A DNA stretch of 64,000 nt from an uncultured Candidatus Saccharibacteria bacterium (lineage in GTDB: Bacteria > Patescibacteriota > Saccharimonadia > Saccharimonadales > JAGQNJ01): assembly GCA_964491925.1 (NCBI GenBank), contig CAZBGZ010000001.1, forward strand, positions 257,621 to 321,620. The letters are read 5' to 3'. Shown here piece by piece: positions 47,276 to 56,600 of the stretch (position 1 is its first letter; every line of letters starts with the position of its first letter). Position numbers and translations under genes: made by a program. The notes under the pieces are model-generated. The model did not search any database, had not been told where the DNA came from, and saw only the letters and a program-made list of their open reading frames with translations.

Positions 47276-48221
47276 AGATATCAGTTTAGCAAACGTATGG
47301 CGTTCGTTTGTAGCTTTTCGTAAGGGCAAAAAACCAAGCCGTGTTATTACAGAATTTGAATACGAATTACTTGATAACATCCTCAAATTGACTACTGAAC
47401 TCCAAACTGGCACTTACAGGCACGGTCCATATTCTCATATGATCGTTAATGACAACAAGCGACGAGACATTGCTGTGGCGTCTGTTCGCGATAGAGTTGT
47501 GCATCGATTGCTTTACGATTATTTAGTTACAATCTGGGATAAAACGTTCATTTACGATGCCTGGTCGTGCAGGCAGAACAAAGGTTTGCATAGTGCAATA
47601 GATAGAGCGCAAAAATTTATGCGGCAACATAAAGATGGTTGGCTTTGGCGCGGGGACGTAACAAAGTTATTTGACTCAGTTGACAAGAATACGCTGTTAC
47701 GATTACTGAGACGACGGGTAAGTGACCCGACAGCCTTGTGGCTACTGAGTGAGACGATAGAAAGTTATCATAGCTTTGATAATAACAGAGGTATCCCAAT
47801 CGGCAATCTCACTAGTCAAATCCTAGCAAACATCTACCTAAACGAATTTGATCGTTATATCACGCACAGAATAAAGCCGAATGCGTACCTTCGTTATGGC
47901 GACGATTGGTTATGCTTTATGGACGATAAGGCAAAACTAGAAAACGCACGTAAAAAGGCAGAAGACTTTCTGGGGTGCGAACTTAACCTGGATGTTAATC
48001 CTAATGTAAACCTCATAAATCCTGTGCGTAAAGGGGTGTCGTATCTGGGTGTTGATCTTTGGTCGTCAGGACGAAGACTTGATAAGGACGCACAAAATAA
48101 AATGAAACGAAACTTAAATGTGCGTAACGCAGCAAGTTATAAGGCACTGATGGTTCATAACCAATCGATAAAGCAAATTCGACGCTTTGATTGGATCATT
48201 CAAAGTATTAACGAGCCATAA
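47250..48221 (+). CDS. DGR reverse transcriptase
   Basis: KRRDI...RDRVVHR, GDVTKLFDSV, GIPIGNLTSQILANIYL, YLRYGDD, YLG; 323 aa with no maturase or endonuclease domain. Confidence 0.96.
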   Translation: MVMTGNSSIDISLANVWRSFVAFRKGKKPSRVITEFEYELLDNILKLTTELQTGTYRHGPYSHMIVNDNKRRDIAVASVRDRVVHRLLYDYLVTIWDKTFIYDAWSCRQNKGLHSAIDRAQKFMRQHKDGWLWRGDVTKLFDSVDKNTLLRLLRRRVSDPTALWLLSETIESYHSFDNNRGIPIGNLTSQILANIYLNEFDRYITHRIKPNAYLRYGDDWLCFMDDKAKLENARKKAEDFLGCELNLDVNPNVNLINPVRKGVSYLGVDLWSSGRRLDKDAQNKMKRNLNVRNAASYKALMVHNQSIKQIRRFDWIIQSINEP

Positions 48222-48405
48222 TCTACTCACCATACCGGTTTTCGACTTAGGTAAGTAGCCGCATTCGTACTACCTAAAACTAAATTGCTTTAGCTTACTT
48301 TACAATGAACTTTGACTAATTGCAAACACCTATGGTATCTTAGGACGAGTATATTTTGTCTTTTCGCGGAGAAAACGGCAAAGGTGGGAGAAAGATGATT
48401 ATTAA

Positions 48406-49275
48406 ATGCTTCACAAGTACGGTTACACCTTTATTGAAATTCCAGTCAATAAAATTCAAAGAGATGTAAATCAGCCACGTCGTGATTTCGGCACAGAAGG
48501 TGACACCAATAGGTTATTACTGTCTATTAAGCAGTACGGTATAGAAAACCCCATCTCAGTTAGTGAGCTAGAAGATGGTCGTTACATTATTATTGATGGT
48601 CACAGGCGTTATATTTGCGCTCAGAAGCTTGGTTATGAGCAAGTTCCTTGTCGGGTGTATCCCAAATTATCAAATGCTGAACTAGAAACACGTAGGTATG
48701 AAATCCAAAACAATCGTCGTTCCTGGAAGCCAATGGAGCGATCCGAAGCCTTAGAAAGAATTAAGGCTGAAAAGGGCTTTTCAAGCAACCGTCAGCTCGC
48801 AGATCACTTAGGTATAACAGAAGCTGTGGTTGCTAATTCGCTCCAACTTCGTAAGCAAAAAATGGATTACATTGAGTTAATGGAGCGTTACGATTTAAGT
48901 GAAAGTTACCGTATCGAATTTGTAAGACTTAAACCGAAACTACGCAAAATCCGTAGTGTGGAAGTGGACGACATAATCATTAATCTTTTTAATCGTATCC
49001 AACACAAGGTTATTAAAAATGCCAAGGAACTACGCAAGCTCGGCAGTATATTCTTGCGGGCAACGGCGAATGAAGAGGAGCTGGCTCGATACTTAGCAGA
49101 TCCCGATATGACGGTCCACGAGCTTGAACAGAGAACCCTACAGTCAGGTTTCTCCTTGCACATTGAGCAACTCATCAAAGGCATTAGCCAGAAGAGAGCC
49201 GAAGGCGTTGCGTTTAGTTCGCAAGAGAAGGCTTTTCTTGATCAACTTAAAAAACTACTAAACGAGGCGCTATAG
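48406..49275 (+). CDS. ParB/RepB/Spo0J-like protein
   Basis: NQPRRDF, SIKQYGIENPI.V, YIIIDGHRRY, HTH 'QLADHLGIT'. Confidence 0.88.
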   Translation: MLHKYGYTFIEIPVNKIQRDVNQPRRDFGTEGDTNRLLLSIKQYGIENPISVSELEDGRYIIIDGHRRYICAQKLGYEQVPCRVYPKLSNAELETRRYEIQNNRRSWKPMERSEALERIKAEKGFSSNRQLADHLGITEAVVANSLQLRKQKMDYIELMERYDLSESYRIEFVRLKPKLRKIRSVEVDDIIINLFNRIQHKVIKNAKELRKLGSIFLRATANEEELARYLADPDMTVHELEQRTLQSGFSLHIEQLIKGISQKRAEGVAFSSQEKAFLDQLKKLLNEAL

Positions 49276-49282
49276 GTAAAAA

Positions 49283-50629
49283 ATGTTTGGCACGGAGGGT
49301 ATAAAGAAAAAAGCGGTGGCATATTATCGCCACTCAGCAGAAGATAAACAAGAAAACTCTGTCCCTATACAGCGAGACCAGGCTAATGAGTTTGCGGCAA
49401 AGTATGGCATTGAGATAATCCACGAAGAGGCTGATGAAGGTAAAAGTGGTTTATCAGCTGCACGTCCAGGTTTTGAACGACTGTTTGAAGATTGGGTTTT
49501 AAACCCAGATGCTCAGGAGTTTGATTATATACTCGTGTTAGATGTTACGAGGTGGGGGCGTTTTCAGGACCCTGACGAAGCTGCTTATTGGGAGATGCAG
49601 TGTAAGAAAAGAAACAAAAAGGTGATATACATTTCCAGAGGTTTCCCAAAGGAAGAGGAAAAATTGCTGTCTAGCCTTGAAACATCAATCGGTCGGTATA
49701 TGGCTGCTGAATATAGCAGGCAGTTAAGCGATAAGGTGTGGCACGGGAGTATGAAAATTTCTGAGCAGGGATTTTCAGCTGGTGGTACAGCGCCCTATGG
49801 GTATGTGCGCGTGCTATTTGATGAGAACAAGGAGAGGGTCGGCATACTAAAAAAGGGCGAACACAAGGTTATAGCAAATCAACGGGTTACTTTTGAGCCT
49901 GCGAATGATGGCTCGGAGCAAGTAGTAAAGGATATATTCGCAATGTTTGTAAAGCGGGGCATTCCGCCCGAAGACATCGCTAATCAATTAAACGAAAATG
50001 CCGTTGTGTCAGCCACGGGTAAGGTGTGGGATGCGTCTAAGGTTGTTCGCGTCCTGGGTAATGAAACCTACACGGGGACTAAGTTGTATAACAAAACCTG
50101 GAGTCGACTAAAGCAAAGACAACGCAAAAATCCCGTAGAAGAGTGGGTCAGGTGCGAGGATGCTTTTGAAGCGTTGGTTAGCCGTAAAGATTTTGAATTT
50201 GCCCAGGAGCAACTTTACTGGTCTATGCCGTCTCGTTGGAGGCACGGCATACACAAGGTCAACAGAACGCGCCGCTCAATCGAGGATTATGTAGATAAGC
50301 TAGTAGAAAGCTACGAAGATGACAGGCGCTATCAAGTTCGTAAGCGTCTGCCGGTAACGTTCGGGCTAACGTACTATCAAGATGGGGTAGCTAAAAGGTG
50401 TTTCAAGATCACCGAAGAAATGCGTAAACACAGCGAAATTATAGGAGTTAGTGTCAATATGTTTGCAAAAAACAAAATAGATGCAGTGTTTTCGTTGCCA
50501 ACGCATAATTTCGGGATCGGTAATTACTGGGTAGTCAATGATGCAGATAAAAATACACCTGACTACAAGATAGAAGGTGAGGACATCAATACCAAAGTCC
50601 TCAATCTATGCAACAGCATAACCCTCTAG
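49283..50629 (+). CDS. Serine recombinase (resolvase and recombinase domains, no obvious zinc ribbon)
   Basis: AYYRHS, DVTRWGRFQD, MAAEYSRQLS.KV, GG.APYGY. Confidence 0.9.
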   Translation: MFGTEGIKKKAVAYYRHSAEDKQENSVPIQRDQANEFAAKYGIEIIHEEADEGKSGLSAARPGFERLFEDWVLNPDAQEFDYILVLDVTRWGRFQDPDEAAYWEMQCKKRNKKVIYISRGFPKEEEKLLSSLETSIGRYMAAEYSRQLSDKVWHGSMKISEQGFSAGGTAPYGYVRVLFDENKERVGILKKGEHKVIANQRVTFEPANDGSEQVVKDIFAMFVKRGIPPEDIANQLNENAVVSATGKVWDASKVVRVLGNETYTGTKLYNKTWSRLKQRQRKNPVEEWVRCEDAFEALVSRKDFEFAQEQLYWSMPSRWRHGIHKVNRTRRSIEDYVDKLVESYEDDRRYQVRKRLPVTFGLTYYQDGVAKRCFKITEEMRKHSEIIGVSVNMFAKNKIDAVFSLPTHNFGIGNYWVVNDADKNTPDYKIEGEDINTKVLNLCNSITL

Positions 50630-50641
50630 CTCCTGGGTTTG

Positions 50642-52219
50642 TTAAGAACTACGCTTTTTTAGGGATATAGCTAGTATGGCATTGGTAAGATGATGGATGT
50701 TTATAGGGTTTTGCCACATTACTTTTGTGATTGTAACGTGATGTTCGCGTGGGTATCTATAAGTGTTCTGTTGAATGATTACCTCATCATTAACAGCTAA
50801 CTTATCAAACAGAGCCTTACAAAAATGGCGTCGGATGGCTGGATCTGCATTGATATAAGCCTTGGAAAAATTTAATTCTTTGACCATTTTTAAAGCACGA
50901 GCCTGACGTCCATCAATAATCTTTAATCGTCTGGTTGCCTCCGTAATTACTCCTTGAGCTTGGCGTGTTTCTTCATTAATACGTTTCTGCTCACTCTTGA
51001 ATAGGTCCGCAGAGATAACTTTGTCATAGTACGTTTGGAGTAAATTTTCCTTCTCTGCCTGAAGCCGCACTACCCGCTGAGTTTGAGCTTTGGTATCAGT
51101 TTCAGCGTAGGCTCTTTCACTGCCAAGCTCGTTTTCAATTTGCTCAGATAACTTTTGGCGATCTGAAGCAGATAGGTTTAGGATTTTAAGCTGGTTGATA
51201 ACTTCTTGTTCTATCTTCTGAGCCGGTATGTATGGTTGGTTGCACTGTTGATTTTTACGGTTTAAACACGAATAGTATTCATACTTATGTTTACTGACCA
51301 TATAACATAAGTGCCTATTACACCGACTGCACAGCAACAACCTGGATAGGTAATGGTTGTGGCTGCGATTTTTTCGGCTCAAACAATATCGACTTTCACG
51401 GATAGCTTGACCGGCGGCAAATACAGCAGGTGTTACTAGCGGTTGATGATTACCATTGTACTCAGTACCGCAATACGTTACATAGCCAAGGTAGTAGCGG
51501 TTTTGTAGAAGTTTATTAAGACCACCGTGGCTTATCGGCTCTACCTTTGACCGAGAACGAAGCCTGGTACGCAAACCACGTTTAGATAGTTGGTCTAATA
51601 ACTCTAACTCACTGTAATCACCCGTTGCGTAGCACTCGAAAGCCCAGCGTATAAGTGGCGCTCGTGATTGATCTAGGGCAACCGTATGAACCTCGCGCCT
51701 GTTAACACGCTCCGTCACATTTACGTATCCGATTGGTGCTTGGAAGGGTGTACCTCCTCGCTTGGCTTTTTCAGTTGCTCCTTTCAATGCCTCAGCTGCT
51801 AAGTTTCTGCTATAGAATTCAGCAATAGTTGCCATTATGCCGTGCAGCAACCTACCGGATGGTGTTTCGTCTATATTCTCTGTTACGGAGACAAGCGTCG
51901 CCCCAGCTTTTTTAATCGCTAAACCGATCATTACATCGTCGTGAAGATTACGAGCCAACCGGTCTATTTTGTGGACGATAACGCTCTGGATATTTTGTTT
52001 CTTGTCACATAAGTCGTGTAGCAATCGTTGTAATTCCGGTCTGGATGCTGAACGAGCTGACTCGCCACGATCTGCATACTCCCTTATGCGAGTAGCACCC
52101 AGCTCTTTAGCTTTTCTTCTGCACGCTTCACGTTGTGCAGGTATAGAATAACCCTCTCGCTGATTATTTTTTGTTGCTTGGTCGAGTGTTGAAACTCGTA
52201 AATATATTGCTACCTTCAT
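50642..52219 (-). CDS. Large serine recombinase
   Basis: YLRVST, HKIDRLARN, AEFYSRNL, APIGY, CSRC...C...C zinc ribbon, coiled coil. Confidence 0.93.
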   Translation of the reverse strand: MKVAIYLRVSTLDQATKNNQREGYSIPAQREACRRKAKELGATRIREYADRGESARSASRPELQRLLHDLCDKKQNIQSVIVHKIDRLARNLHDDVMIGLAIKKAGATLVSVTENIDETPSGRLLHGIMATIAEFYSRNLAAEALKGATEKAKRGGTPFQAPIGYVNVTERVNRREVHTVALDQSRAPLIRWAFECYATGDYSELELLDQLSKRGLRTRLRSRSKVEPISHGGLNKLLQNRYYLGYVTYCGTEYNGNHQPLVTPAVFAAGQAIRESRYCLSRKNRSHNHYLSRLLLCSRCNRHLCYMVSKHKYEYYSCLNRKNQQCNQPYIPAQKIEQEVINQLKILNLSASDRQKLSEQIENELGSERAYAETDTKAQTQRVVRLQAEKENLLQTYYDKVISADLFKSEQKRINEETRQAQGVITEATRRLKIIDGRQARALKMVKELNFSKAYINADPAIRRHFCKALFDKLAVNDEVIIQQNTYRYPREHHVTITKVMWQNPINIHHLTNAILAISLKKRSS

Positions 52220-52356
52220 AGCTGTCCTCCTTTATTGTTTTGTCTTTTTATAATGACCCCTATATAGAGACGGAGCCGTTATTAAGCAGAAGGGGGTTGA
52301 TCTACTTTAGGTTTGTGATATACTAAAAGTTAAAGTTTAAAGTAAAGGTATAAAGT

Positions 52357-53364
52357 ATGATAACTTCAAACTTACAAGTAACACTTCAAAAGCTCACAGA
52401 TAAGAAGGGCCAACTTCAAAAATTGCGTCCATTATCTGCTGATTATCTCAAAAACCTAGCCGAGTGGTTTAAGGTTGAGTTGACCTATAACTCAAACGCT
52501 ATTGAGGGCAACACGCTTAATCGTCGTGAAACCGCACTCGTAATAGAAAAGGGCGTTACAGTTAAGGGCAAAACATTAACTGAACACCTAGAGGCTACCA
52601 ACCACGCCGAAGCAATTGATTACGTTAAAGATTTAGCAGCTAATACTAAACAGCAAGATCTCACCAAGCAAGACGTAATGAACATTCACAAGCTCATTTT
52701 GCAAAAGATTGATGATGAAAACGCAGGAAAGTATCGCAACGTGCCGGTTGCAATAGCTGGTTCTGATGTTGAGCTACCTGATCCACTTAAAGTACCTGAG
52801 TTAATGGAAGAATTTTTTACTTGGCTAAAGAGTAAAAGCGACACACACCCAGTCATTGTAGCTGCCGATGCTCACTACAAACTAGTCCGAATACACCCTT
52901 TTGTAGATGGTAATGGACGAACTGCACGATTGCTTATGAACTTACTTCTTATGCAAGCCAACTATCCCATTACCGTTATTGGCAATGATAAGCGAGAAGA
53001 TTATATCAATGCTCTAGAAAAAGCTCATATGACAGGCGACCTGAATGATTTCTATTCGTTGGTTACTAAAGCTGTAGACAGCTCACTTGATGTGTATCTT
53101 GGTAATAAGAAGCCTAGGGGAGTTAAAGAGGAGCGTCTACTTAAGATTGGCGAACTAGCTCGGGCCAGCGATGTGCCAACTAGTACAATACGTTTCTGGA
53201 CCAATGAGGGTCTGTTAAAAGTAGCTAAAACTACTGAAGGTGGCTACAGATGGTTTAACGAGAGTAGCCTAAAGACAGTTGAAAAAATCAAAGAACTACA
53301 AGCTAAGCGGCTAACGCTTGATGAGATTAAATCTGAAATCAATAAAGCAAATCTGACGTCCTGA
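52357..53364 (+). CDS. Fic-domain protein fused to a C-terminal MerR HTH
   Basis: Intact HPFVDGNGRTAR, inhibitory SNAIEGN, C-terminal 'LKIGELA...V..STIRFW..EGLL'. Confidence 0.92.
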   Translation: MITSNLQVTLQKLTDKKGQLQKLRPLSADYLKNLAEWFKVELTYNSNAIEGNTLNRRETALVIEKGVTVKGKTLTEHLEATNHAEAIDYVKDLAANTKQQDLTKQDVMNIHKLILQKIDDENAGKYRNVPVAIAGSDVELPDPLKVPELMEEFFTWLKSKSDTHPVIVAADAHYKLVRIHPFVDGNGRTARLLMNLLLMQANYPITVIGNDKREDYINALEKAHMTGDLNDFYSLVTKAVDSSLDVYLGNKKPRGVKEERLLKIGELARASDVPTSTIRFWTNEGLLKVAKTTEGGYRWFNESSLKTVEKIKELQAKRLTLDEIKSEINKANLTS

Positions 53365-53369
53365 TTGGC

Positions 53370-53488
53370 TTAGTAGACTTTCTTCGCTAGTTTTTCGGTG
53401 TATTTGTCTGAGTATCCACGCTTACCTCTATCGGTAGAGGGCATCTTGAAGGTTAGTTTAAAAGGTAGGGTAGCGTCCCAACAATACC
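53370..53488 (-). other. Stranded 3' end of the integrase gene (in frame only in the excised circle)
   Basis: Open frame ...WDATLPFKLTFKMPSTDRGKRGYSDKYTEKLAKKVY* joins the integrase frame across att; stop is 5 nt from the fic stop. Confidence 0.7.
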
Positions 53489-53503
53489 AATTGATAATGA
53501 CAT
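53461..53503 (-). other. Right attachment site containing the displaced native ychF 5' end
   Basis: Minus strand ATG TCA TTA TCA ATT GGT ATT GTT GGG = MSLSIGIVG, then arm acgctaccctaccttt. Confidence 0.9.
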
Positions 53504-53510
53504 AGCCTTA

Positions 53511-53519
53511 ATTCTAACA
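53511..53519 (-). promoter_or_regulatory. Native ychF extended -10 promoter (leaderless)
   Basis: TGtTAGAAT 7 nt upstream of the ATG at 53503. Confidence 0.6.
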
Positions 53520-53665
53520 GAGGTAGTGACGTTTTGCCACAATTTATCTTTTGAATAGGATTTTATTATTGTACCAATTATCCATCAGTGAATGTTGAAA
53601 TTTTTTACCCCTTTAACCATAAGCACGGATAATGTATATTATAAAGTAACGAGAAAAATGAGACA

Positions 53666-56600
53666 ATGAAAGACGATACCATTAATTCAGAAAGTGAATC
53701 AACCACCAAAAACTCTAACGATGGGTATATTGGAGGGGAGCCGGCTGAAATTAATACAACAATCATTAATAAAGCTTCAAAGAATAAAAAAAGAACGCTT
53801 TTCGTTGGGTTAGCTGTCTCGATTGTATTCGTCAGTTTGGGATTGAGTTTGTGGCTAATTTCGGGAGGACTTTTTAACCAAACAAATAATGGCAAATTAC
53901 CAATTACTATTGGCGCCGTGACTATAACACAAAAAGATGTCGACAAATACGTTAGTGCTATTTCGGCTATTGAAAAACGTGGTAAAAATACCAAAGTTTA
54001 TGGAAATCCGAAACAACTTGCGATTGACGACCTGATTATGAATGCGGCATTACGCAAAGAATCATTTGAGAATAATCAGGCGCTAACTGACCAGCAGATT
54101 AAAGAATTATATAAATTGCCCGACAATGTTAACCCATCCAATTTCTATAATAATAAATCATCTTACGATATCGATAGCATCCAGTTCTATGAATCGCTGA
54201 AAAAAGATATAAATTCTTCGATGCTTAGTCTAGACGGTAGAATTATTGATCAAAAAACTCTATTCGTTGTGTCGGTGCCTTTTGATACCAAGTTCTTTAA
54301 TTCACAAACTAACCAAAAAACTCTTAAGCAAATACATACAAAAGCAAAAAACCAACTCAAAAATGAGATTTTACCACTTTTTATTAACGGAAAATCTAGA
54401 GAAGATATTATTAAAAAGGTAGACATAAATAGTGCACTCGATGTCGGTAAAAATAATATACTATATCAGCAAAAGCCAGTAACCGTAGCTACATCGATAC
54501 AAAACTATAATAGTGTGGTTGGTTACAGCAAGGAATCAGGGGTAATTACGCCGACTAATTTTGATGATGTCGGTTTATTACCGCAAAAATTCTCTGATCA
54601 GGACAACGCTGATTACGGTATAAAGTTACAGAATTTAGAAGACACAAATAAAAAAACAGAATTGTTGGAGAATAAAGGTGATCATACAGCTGTTTTTACA
54701 TCAAAAACAGGGGCATATATGATAATGCGGTTAGAGAACAAAACCGACAACAAGTACAACAATTGGAAAGATTTTTTAGAAATATATAAAAAAGATGTGG
54801 CAAAGATTGCCCACAACCAACAATTGTCTTCGCATATTGCTAACAACAAATCCAAGGCTATTGGGGGTGCGAAACGTGCGAAAGATTTATTGACAAAAAT
54901 GCCGGTTGCACACGCGCAACAGGGTAACTACTCTTGTAATGTTGAAATTGGAGGCTTGCGTATTTCCGGGTCGGGTAATTCTGTTAAATCAGACGTTAGG
55001 GTTACTGGGAGCAATAGTAATTGCCATAGATACGCAACTCTCGCCATGTGGGACAGAAGGAACCAATCAGGCCTACCTTTGAGAAATCAAATTTTATTAG
55101 GGAGTGATACACAAGAACTAGACGCTGGGCATTCATATGTTCTAGAGGTTCCCATACCAACATGTGTTTACTGGCAGGCTGATTTGCTAGGTCAGCAGAG
55201 CCCAACATCGGTCACTAATGGTAATGCTAACTATGTTATTCCACCAGATATTTTAGTTGGTTATATGTTGGGGGGGCAGGGCAATACTGGTGCTGGTTGC
55301 CAGCAACCTACGGGACCAGAATGTACCCTAACTGTTACTCCAAGTACGCTTCCAGCAGGCGGGGGCACAGTGACCGTAAGATGGACGAGTAGCCATAATC
55401 AATCAGGATATATTGATAATGGCATAGGCGAACTCGGTAATGTGAATACTCCCACAGACCGATTTGGAGAGGATACAACAGTTAATGTGAGCCAATCAAC
55501 CACCTTTACAGGCAGATGGACAGCAGATAATGGCGGGATCGCTACTTGTCAAGATTCAGTTACGGTAGGAGGGGTCATTGATGTTTGCCCGAATATTGAT
55601 GGTATTCAGGATAGAATTCCAGATGGGCTACATTTTGATGCAAACGGTGACTGTGTTGGTCCTACTACTCGGCCGCCACCAACTTTTAAGCCATATCTAA
55701 GAGTCTATGGGAACGACGTTATTGTTGGTAGCGCATTTAGTGATACAGAAACCTGTGGGACAAACTCCTCTGCCAGAATACGGGCCTTTACACATAGCGC
55801 TATCGAGGGTGGCCGTCGTATATCTACTGGCTCTTCGGGGCAATACGGGGTTTTCGATTATGCAGGAGTACAAGATCCTGATAACAGTGGCCTGGCAAAC
55901 GGGATAGAAAATTTCTTTAGTGATAATTTACGATCAAAAGCTTCTGTACAAACTGGTTATGGCTGGCTGACATATGGCGCTGCCAACGATTTAACCTTTG
56001 GTAATTATTATGTTGCTAGACCTATGCCTGATCCAAGGCATCCTGGCCAAGAAATTGTGTACGGTGGTCGGGTAGGTGGTTACGGTGGTCAAAGCGGTAT
56101 ATTGCATTGTATCCCTGATTACTACAAAAGGGTTACAGAAACAGGCAGAGCGGCAATCCCGGGTGGGACAATGAGCGCCGTTGCCCCTACGTTGGCCAGC
56201 CCAATTGATGATGGGCAGAGAGAGGTGGTTGTGGTCAACGGTAACTTATACATCGATAAGAATATTGAGTACAAAAACGCGGATACCGTAAATGGATGGT
56301 CAAGCATAGATAAGATACCTAGCGTGGTAGTTATAGTAAAAGGCAATATCAGTATTTCACCTGATGTGACACGTTTGGACGGGATATTCGTTGCTCAACC
56401 AGATGATAGTAACAACAAGGGTGAAATCTATACCTGTGGAGATAGCACTGGGCCGTTAGATCTTCAAAGGGGTGGTCGTGATGTAATTTCTGAAATATGC
56501 AGAAAAAAATTGACCATAAACGGTTCTTTCATTGCCAAAAAAGCTGTATTTTATCGAACTAACGGGTCTGTCTTATGCCCCGATAACCAAAATACTGTTT

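Larger units (their letters stand above)
36450..53488. mobile_element. ~17.0 kb serine-recombinase integrative element inserted in the ychF 5' end
   Basis: Homologous ychF starts at both ends (36440-36463 and 53477-53503, offset 17037), inverted att arms, three recombinases, accessory gene content. Confidence 0.92.

Noticed and set aside
47276-47413. N-terminal 46 aa of the listed 158-aa avd ORF
   Set aside because: This stretch is antisense to conserved RT sequence; Avd-like sequence begins at MEELPVI (47275).
47250-48221. RT as group II intron, retron or Abi RT
   Set aside because: It is short, has no maturase domain or retron VTG motif, has the DGR-type PIGNLTSQ, and an A-specific TR/VR pair is adjacent.
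36450-53488. Prophage or ICE
   Set aside because: No recognisable terminase, portal, capsid, tail, lysis, relaxase or T4SS genes.
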